A stretch of 64,000 bases of DNA from Macrostomum lignano (taxonomy: Eukaryota): NCBI GenBank assembly GCA_002269645.1, contig NIVC01000326.1, positions 1 through 64,000 on the forward strand, given 5' to 3'. Of the stretch, positions 56,091 to 64,000 are shown one piece after another; within the stretch, counting starts at the first letter, position 1; each line of letters begins with the position of its first letter. The position numbers and the translations under genes were made by a program. Below the pieces are notes generated by a model. The model was not told where the DNA came from. It saw only the letters and a list, made by a program, of their open reading frames with translations, and did no database searches.

Positions 56091-56958
56091 TGGCAATCTT
56101 GGTTGTTTCAATCTCAAATCATCACAGTACCAGACAAATGGCTGAGCGTGAGATCGCGTCAAGACACTGAGCCGGTCCGTCCTTAGATCCCACACCTTGA
56201 ACGTTCCCGAAGGCAGTGTTCCCAAGCAACTTAAGCGAAAAAACTCGCTGTTAATTTCCTTTGAAGACTGGTAGCTATACTACACGGTGGAGCGAGGCAG
56301 AGCGGCCAAGAGGTTTCAACCGTTGGAGCGTTTCTCGTTGTAAACTTAGTCGTCGAGATAGGTTCAATAAGGGCGCTCTTCCTCGCTCACCCCCAACACA
56401 TATTGATATTTGTCACAAACAAACCCCAACCTAAATCTCTATAGGGTTTGGAATTAGGACCCAACAGCCATTTCTCGGCCGCCGATTGGTCGGCACAAGC
56501 GTGTACACAACGAATCAAATCGTAACTGGGGAACGGGGGAGCGTGGGGCGAGTAGTTCAGCCAATCACACAGAAAGGGGGGTGGGGCGGTCGCAAGGCTG
56601 GCGCGTAAACATCTTAGCAATTAGCAATTGGGGCCACCAGACAGAGCGGGGTGGTGAGCATGAGGAAAGGTGCAATGACGGGTTCACCCTCACTGGGGGC
56701 TAAATAGATCGCTCAACAGTGCATGTGCACGCTGGCACAACACATTTGAGCTTACTTCGTGCTCAAGATTCCTATATCGAGCCTCCTTCAAATATTATCT
56801 GCACTTCGCCCCGACCTCCACACAGCACGAATCCGGCAGGTTAGTCGTCTGGCATGCAGCCTTCGCATTGACGCGCTTGTACCACGGAGACTGCAGAAAC
56901 AGATTTGTTGCTTCATCGCCACTAAAGCCGCAGCATTTTTTCTGTGGGTTGTATAAAG

Positions 56959-57313
56959 CCGCCCCCTCTGTAGCTGGCGCCCCCTCTGTAGCTGACGCCC
57001 CCTCTGTAGCTGGCGCCCCCTTTGTAGCTGGCGCCCTCCGTAGCTCTTACCCATCTGTGGCTGGCGCCCCCTCTGTAGCTGGCGCCCCCTTTGTAGCTGG
57101 CGCTCCTCCGTAGCTCTTACCCATCTGTGGCTGGCGCCCCCTCTGTAGCTGGCGCCCCCTCTGTAGCTGGCGCCCCTCTGTAGCTGGCGCCCCTCTGTAG
57201 CTGGCACCCCTTTGTAGCTGGCGCCCCTCCGTAGCTCTTACCCATCTGTGGCTGGCGCCCCCTCTGTAGCTGGCGCCCCCTCTGTAGCTGGCGCCCCTCT
57301 GTAGCTGGCGCCC
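56959..57313. repeat. Composite tandem repeat (ggcgccccctctgtagct)n with interspersed 28-bp variant
   Basis: Direct tandem units. Confidence 0.9.
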
Positions 57314-58203
57314 AATTCGAATTCACTATCGATTGCCAATAAAATATTGTCAATTACGTCATTTCTAATAGATTGAAAAAGTCCTACACTGCATGCTTTG
57401 CTTGCTCATGCTAAACGGGCCTCCCACTGACATTGACACGATTTGCGAGTTGCGACTTTAGTTGCCATGCGTCGCATACGCAAGTCAGTGCAGCCGTGCA
57501 GCCGCCCCTTTTCTTGACTACATGGGTAGCTGCTTCTGTGGATGCAAACATGCCAACAAATTGCTTTGCATTTGAGCTGTGATCTCGGAGTTGGACCTTG
57601 CATCGTCTCTGGACATTGCGCATTATTTTGGCTACACAGTTTTACATGATATTCCGTCAGCTTCTTTTTTCAACAGAGCATGGAACTTTCTTGAATTTGA
57701 CATGCTGCAGAAAATGTCAGTAGAAAATCTCACGGGTAAACTATTGCTGAGAGGCCACCGATTCTGTATCCGCAAGCACGTGACTTTCTGTAAAAAATTT
57801 TCAGACAAAAACCTTTTCAGACAAAGGAGAAGCAGAAAGTCTTGAGTAAGAGCTGCTTCTGCGCAGGTTTCCCACTAAACTGTCTTGGCAAGGAAACAAT
57901 GGTCGCCTGAATAAAGAAATTCTCGTTGAGATCCATTGTACTTGATGGCGCGGATAGCGAAGGCTGCGGGTCACAAGGTAACTGCGCAGAAGCACTGCTC
58001 CCATCTTCGAACCCGCTTCAATGGCCTGCATTTCTCCTTTACGGCCATTCAGCTCCACAAGTCACGGCAGCCTCGGAGCGGGAGAAGGAAAAATAATTGC
58101 TTCAAACTCTCAAATTTCCACACGCACTGGAAGGCCAGCCGAGAAGAACCTCATCTAATAACGCCGTTAAATAGCGCTAATTTATTAGATTTATCAAAAT
58201 ATA

Positions 58204-59448
58204 CTCAGCAACAGTCAAAAGTTCCACCGTACAAGCGAGATGCATTTTCTCACTTACGAGTGACGCAACTTACGGCACGCGCGAAGCTTATTAGCCACCT
58301 GGGGGTGGCTTGGGTCTGCTTAATGGTACCATTAGGCCGCCACACCGAGCCGATGCTGTTAGTCAACTGGAAGAACAGATACAACTCGCTTCCGGACATT
58401 TGCCCTCCGGCACTTCCCCTCCGGCACTTGCCCTCCGGCACTTCCCCTCGGCGGCGTTTGCCCTCCGGACATTTGCCCTCCGGGACATTTCCCCTCCGGA
58501 CATTTGCCCTCCGGACATTTCCCCTCGGGGACATTTGCCCTCGGGGACATTTGCCCTCTGGACATTTGCCCTCCGGACATTTGCCCTCCGGACATTTCCC
58601 CTCCGCACATTTGCCCTCTGCAAATTTACCCCCTCGCACATTACTCACCTCACCTCCTCCTGTACCCACCCGTCGTTCCTCCAGCACCAACCTCATCCTC
58701 CCGCCTCTTGCATCCATCAGGTTCTTCTCCAGCCAACAACTCATCCTTTTCTATTAAGCAATATATACCCGCGCCCTACCCTATCCCCAGCCTTACCTGT
58801 ACTTTTCCAGAGGGGAAATGTCCGGAGGGCAAATGTCCGGAGGGGAAATGTCCCCGAGGGCAAATGTCCGGAGGGCAAATGTCCGGAGGGCAAATGTCCC
58901 CGAGGGCAAATGTCCTCGAGGGCAAATGTCCGGAGGGGAAATGCCGGAGGGCAAATGTCCGGAGGGCAAATGCCGGAGGGCAAATGTCCGGTAGCCGATA
59001 CAACTGCGCACTCTGTGCTGGCCTCCCGGTCCCAATCCCATCGAGCATGTCTGGGACTTCCTAAAACGCAGCATTCGAAAAGAGAATCCACCACAGAATG
59101 TTGCGGAGCTGCGTCGTGAGATGGAAATCGCTTGGCGGCAGCAGCTTTCCCAGGACTTTCTTCCAGGCCTCGTCCTGGGGATGCCCCGCAGAGTCGCCGC
59201 ACTTCTGCGTGCGAGGGGATCCCACACGCGTTATCAAGCATCTTGATTCTAACAGCGTATTGCATAAAAATACATTTGTTATGATTTTGTGCGAATGACG
59301 TTTATTATTGATTCAATCAAATTTCCCTTCCTCGCGGCGGCTTAGTTGCGTAACTTAAAGGGTAATTGAATTGTGAGTGAGAAGTTGTCGCAATAAGTCA
59401 GACAATTTTCATCTCGCTTGGAGGGTGGGACTTTTGACTGTTTCTGAC
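58204..59448 (+). mobile_element. Internally deleted Tc1/mariner relic
   Basis: 25-bp imperfect TIRs ctcagcaacagtcaaaagttccacc (after TA) and ggtgggacttttgactgtttctgac; removing the nested insert restores PHRA..LCWPPGPNPIEHVWDFLKR..MPRRVAALLRARGSHTRY. Confidence 0.85.
58387..58997. mobile_element. 611-bp foldback/MITE with inverted arrays of ggacatttgccctcc and 8-bp TSD
   Basis: TSD ATACAACT at 58379-58386 and 58998-59005; left array 58390-58620 is the reverse complement of right array 58805-58990. Confidence 0.9.
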
Positions 59449-59592
59449 TCTCATTCACCCTAATTTAGCGAAACATAAATTACAAATTTGCTTCCAATTT
59501 GAAATTGTATTCTTAAGTAGTTTTAATTCGCTAAGTTCAACCTTCAATTGTTCATCAACTTAGTAGCTGCACGCCAATAATTTTGTTGAGGT

Positions 59593-60254
59593 TCAGTTGT
59601 AGGCCTCCAACTCGCAGATGGTGAGATAGTTGTGCCGGTTAACCACGCGGATTCTGCTGCCAAAGGCGTTGCAGGTAAAGTTGGCAACGGAGAACGGCAC
59701 AGCCAAGTTCACCTGGTTGCACTCAACTCCGTCCAACAACAGCGAGAAGTTATTGAGTCGCTCAGCGCAGCAGTCCTGCCTGTTGTAGATGGTGACGTAA
59801 CTGATTAGCGATGGGGCAGCGAGCTGGCCCTCCCACCATTCGGATGGGTCATTTTTGTGTGAGTGCAGGAATAGGCGAAGTATCTCTGGTTCCTGTTTCC
59901 GTCAATGGCGCGGCCGCAGTTATCTGGGTTTGAGCTCTGCTGACAGCCAACAAACTGCAGTCTCCTTGAGCCTGTTTCAATCTTTCTGACGTAGACATCG
60001 CATAGGCCAGAGCTCTGCCAGGGCTGACTGACGAAGGCAGACCAGCTGAAGAGTCGGCAGAGGCCCTCCAGCCAGCTGAAACCGAAGCAGTCGGGCGCCT
60101 GTGCGCAGTCCCTGGCGCACTGGATGCGGCCGCGACCTGCGATGAGCTTTGATGCAGCTGGGGCCTCGGCGCTCTGGCGTCTTTCGATGTTGAATAAATT
60201 TGTGCTGCACAGGCCGGCAGGGATTAGCAAAGCTAGGATGAAAAACTGACGCAT
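59593..60254 (-). CDS. Secreted PAN/apple plus F-type lectin (fucolectin) protein, intronless; 1-nt frameshift at ~59853
   Basis: Signal MRQFFILALLIPAGLCS; IQCARDCAQAPDCFGFS..LCRL; AIDGN. Adding one A to a run of five gives HTKNDPSEWWEG..IYNRQDCCAER (exact H-x26-R-x-D-x4-R) ending LTICELEAYN*. Confidence 0.88.
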
Positions 60255-61254
60255 TCTCGATACTCCACTATGAATTATGGTTGCTGGGCGGTTGCTTTGC
60301 AGTCGCGTGCGTTAAGTATGCTTTGCAGTCGCGCCGAAACGATTGCATTCTCATTGGCATTCAAATTAGCCAATGAGAAATAAGTTAGCAGCGAAAAAGA
60401 TTTGATTACTTGTAATTCAGTAGTCAGTTAAAGTAGGGTTCCCAGATCCCTAATCCTTAGACCGCAGTAGATCCTAAATTTAGATCTCAGGTCCTGAATC
60501 CTTAATAATAAATTCACAGACGATTGTGTTTTACAGATCCCAGATCCGATAGATTTAGGAACAAATTGAATTTGTACCCTGCCTGTACAGGAACACCAAG
60601 AATAATATCTGCATTCGCATTTTTTACTTTCAATTTTGCAAAAGTTCGTTAAATGCTGAGAAACGGACAGTGGCGCGTCATACAAAACACAGAAAAATTG
60701 TAAAATATTTTTGAATTTCAACATAATCCAGCTCCTCTGACCCTTGCACACAAACACACTGAAGGCGTTCCTTTCACAAGTTCGAATTTCCCCTCAGCGA
60801 AAGACAGCAAACATCATAAGCTTAAAACTACACAAGCTAAAAAAGTTGCGAATGTTGTCAAGTCGCTGCCAGTAAACGATGACAAGGCTGCCCGTAGGCT
60901 TGGTTTGAGTCACGCACGAAGTTGTATATTTGAGACGAGCAAGATATTGCAATGATTGAAGATACGAGGTGGTAGGTGGCGAGACCAATATATAGGCTTA
61001 AAAGACAAACAAGTGAGTGGGCTTAAAGCTTAGAATCGATCACTGCTGAGTATAGGCTGGTTTGGCTAGTTAGGCCGGTTGGCTAGTTTAGAGTTACTCG
61101 TAATTGAACTCAGGTGAGTCAGGCGCAGTGCAGTACATCAACACACGCCCGGCACCTCAGCCGCAGAGTTGCAGCGGGATTTGGCTAGTCCGGAATTATT
61201 GCGCGACGAAAGATTTCGACTGCTTCTAGTGAAAATGAGAGCTTCCGGTATTGT

Positions 61255-62156
61255 AGACTAGTAGCTTAGTCCTTAGACCCTCCAGTATTGGATACTGGTA
61301 GCTTAGTCCTTAGACCCTCCGGTATTGGATACTGGTAGCTTAGTCCTTAGACCCTCCGGTATTTGAGACTGGTAGCTTAGTCCTTAGACCCTCCGGTATT
61401 GGATACTGGTAGCTTAGTCCTTAGACCCTCTGGTATTGGATACTGGTAGCTTAGTCCTTAGACCCTCCAGTATTGGATACTGGTAGCTTAGTCCTTAGAC
61501 CCTCCGGTATTTGATACTGGTAGCTTAGTCCTTAGACCCTCCGGTATTTGATACTGGTAGCTTAGTCCTAAGACCCTCCAGTATTGGATACTGGTAGCTT
61601 AGTCCTTAGACCCTCCGGTATTGGATACTGGTATCTTAGTCCTTAGACCCTCCAGTATTGGATACTGGTAGCTTAGTCCTTAGACCCTCCAGTATTGGAT
61701 ACTGGTAGCTTAGTCCTTAGACCCCTCCGGTATTGGATACTGGTATCTTAGTCCTTAGACCCTCCAGTATTGGATACTGGTAGCTTAGTCCTTAGACCCT
61801 CCAGTATTGGATACTGGTAGCTTAGTCTTTAGACCCCTCCAGTATTGGATACTGGTAGCTTAGTCCTTAGACCCTCCGGTATTTGATACTGGTAGCTTAG
61901 TCCTTAGACCCTCCAGTATTGGATACTGGTAGCTTAGTCCTTAGACCCTCCGGTATTGGATACTGGTAGCTTAGTCCTTAGACCCTCCAGTATTGGATAC
62001 TGGTATCTTAGTCCTTAGACCCTCCAGTATTGGATACTGGTAGCTTAGTCCTTAGACCCCTCCAGTATTGGATACTGGTAGCTTAGTCCTTAGACTCTCC
62101 GGTATTTGATACTGGTAGCTTAGTCCTTAGACCCTCCGGTATTTGATACTGGTATC
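61255..62156. repeat. 37-bp minisatellite (tggtagcttagtccttagaccctccggtattggatac)n
   Basis: Direct tandem units. Confidence 0.97.
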
Positions 62157-62512
62157 TTTTTTTGCTCGATCGTACTATTGCTCGGCTAAACGTTTTGTCC
62201 GTGATGGTCGGATTCTAAATTGCTGGAATTTTCTTTTCCTTTTTTATGACAAAACGTGGAGCTATTTTACTGTCCATACTACTTGCACTATGCGGCTCTG
62301 AATGTACACTCTAAAACTTTAAGTGTACTTTTTTGAATGAAAATTCTCTTTTAGACCAGAAACCTTTTGACAGAAATTTCGTCACTGTCGCTTCGTCACT
62401 GTCGCTAAATATCGATAAGAATTTTTGCAGCCGGTCAGGAGGCGGATCGCAGTAAGAGCAGGGAGAGCAGCCAGGATTTTGCATTGGGGTGAGACGCATC
62501 TTTGAGAAGTGT

Positions 62513-62645
62513 CAGGGGCGCCAGCACCAGGGGCGCCAGCACCAGGGGCGCCAGCACCAGGGGCGCCAGCACCAGGCGCGCCAGCACCAGGGGCGCCAGC
62601 ACCAGGCGCGCCAGCACCAGGGGCGCCAGCACCAGGGGCGCCAGC
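62513..62645. repeat. 15-bp tandem repeat (caggggcgccagcac)n, ~9 units
   Basis: Direct tandem units. Confidence 0.93.
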
Positions 62646-63884
62646 TTCAATATGTTTGTCCACATTGAATTTCCAAACAAAAACTATTTTACCAAAATTT
62701 AGAATTTTCATATTGCGTGTCCCATATTTGATTGGCAGACGGGTCGACCTCTCTCTGGACTTCCATCGGGCATTCCACGCTTCGACCCCCTCCAGCCGGC
62801 AGAGCACAATCCCGCTTTCCCTTCGGGCCCTGGCGGGGACATTCTGAGCGTGTCCGTTTCACAATAAAGTTCAGCATAAAAAACCAGCGAGCAGGCGGGT
62901 GGGTAGAATGGAGAGAGAGAGGGTGGGCAGGAGGGGGCTGTCAGCTCGAGTTACTGGCACAACTCAAGTCGCTTCACTGAACGCTTCATCTCATCCTCTC
63001 CCTGTCCGCCCTCCCAGGGAGTGAGGGGCCAGCGCCAGTCATGTGGGGTCCCGGCTTCACGCAGTTACAGATTCCGACACACGCGCAGACACTCTCGCCG
63101 CGTGTTTGTAATCCATGGAGGGGATGCCGGGATCGGCTTTGGGATTTAAGCCGCGAACCTCCGAATTATGGGATTTAATTGCCTGCGCTGCCGGGTACTT
63201 GAGCCCGCGGGTGCCTCGGGTGCCCCCTTTCGCGCGCGTACTGCACGCACGGCGAATCCCCCAAAGTCCGGGCCGACTTGGCCTGCACCCACGAGGTCCG
63301 CTTCATCAAGCTTTGCATCCTGCAGCGTCTTTGGGGGGGGGCTGCTGCAGTCGAATCTCTTCCAGTCCCTCCTGATCTCAATAATTGACAGGCTAATGAG
63401 GCCTGGCCGCACAGCGGATGTGACTGGACAAAAGTTCTCAGTCTGCTTGTGGAGTGGAGACAACTTTTCTGTTGTTGAGTTTTGCGCGCAATTTCAAATC
63501 GGTTTTCAATTCTACAACTTTTAGGACAAATATGTTTTTTAAAAAGAGCACAACATTTTTGTTTTAAACTGCCTAGATTAAAGAGTTTTCTAGTTTTGGT
63601 ACTCGAAATTTAGTAACTTTCGGGGAATTTTTCCTCTGAGATCACAGCTCGGGGTTGAAGAAGATCAAGGAGTAGGAAGCCTCCTTGATTGAGAAACTTT
63701 AATTAATTTCAATTAAAACTGATTTAATTTGCTTCCAGTCTGCTTTGATAAGTTGCGAAACCCTACAACAGGGGTTGGGATTCCCACCGGCGGCCCGCGA
63801 AGCGTCTCTTTTCGGCCCTCGGGTTCTTTGAAACTTCACAATAGCAATCCGCCTCAGGGTTTGCGTCTCTTATCAGTCTCTTTT

Positions 63885-64000
63885 TTTTTATCTCCCCTCT
63901 CTCCCCTCCTCTCCCATCTCTCCCCTCCTCTCCCACCTCTCCATTCCTCTCACCTCTTCTCCCATCTCTCCCCTCCTCTCCCACCTCTCCATTCCTCTCA
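63885..64000. repeat. CT-rich tandem/low-complexity repeat running off the right edge
   Basis: ctcccctcctctcccacctctccattcctctca units. Confidence 0.85.

Noticed and set aside
56371-56390. Resemblance to pUC origin-flank sequence (gggcgctcttcc..tcgctcac)
   Set aside because: Short, gapped match with no vector sequence on either side
62382-62847. Collagen- or elastin-like GAPGA ORF
   Set aside because: Produced by a 15-bp DNA repeat with no synonymous variation; flanks non-coding
63115-63524. Overlapping GC-rich ORFs
   Set aside because: No recognisable motif or splice structure; could be a promoter or an unrecognised exon

Overview
Eukaryotic, intron-rich and repeat-dense animal DNA. GC-rich exons, introns filled with minisatellites, TTAGGG repeats and the TE set resemble a free-living flatworm such as Macrostomum; this is inference, not identification. 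Host genes: the 5' part of a fem-1 homologue (minus; it runs off the left edge), an intronless multi-pass membrane orphan, an intronless isopentenyl phosphate kinase, and two tandem tetraspanins, the second with a ruined EC2 exon. A minus-strand group of small secreted genes pairs a PAN/apple-like module with WSC, fibrinogen (two copies) or F-type lectin domains. Mobile DNA: an intact Ty3/Gypsy with identical 158-bp LTRs and a 5-bp TSD, two broken Gypsy copies, a Penelope-like element with a hammerhead ribozyme that replaces the 5' end of one fibrinogen gene, an internally deleted Crypton, a Tc1 relic interrupted by a foldback element with an 8-bp TSD, a tRNA-SINE and Helitron-like fragments. 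There are also more than a dozen tandem arrays. Several frameshifts are single-base losses in short base runs and may be assembly errors. All family assignments are by eye from motifs; no searches were run.
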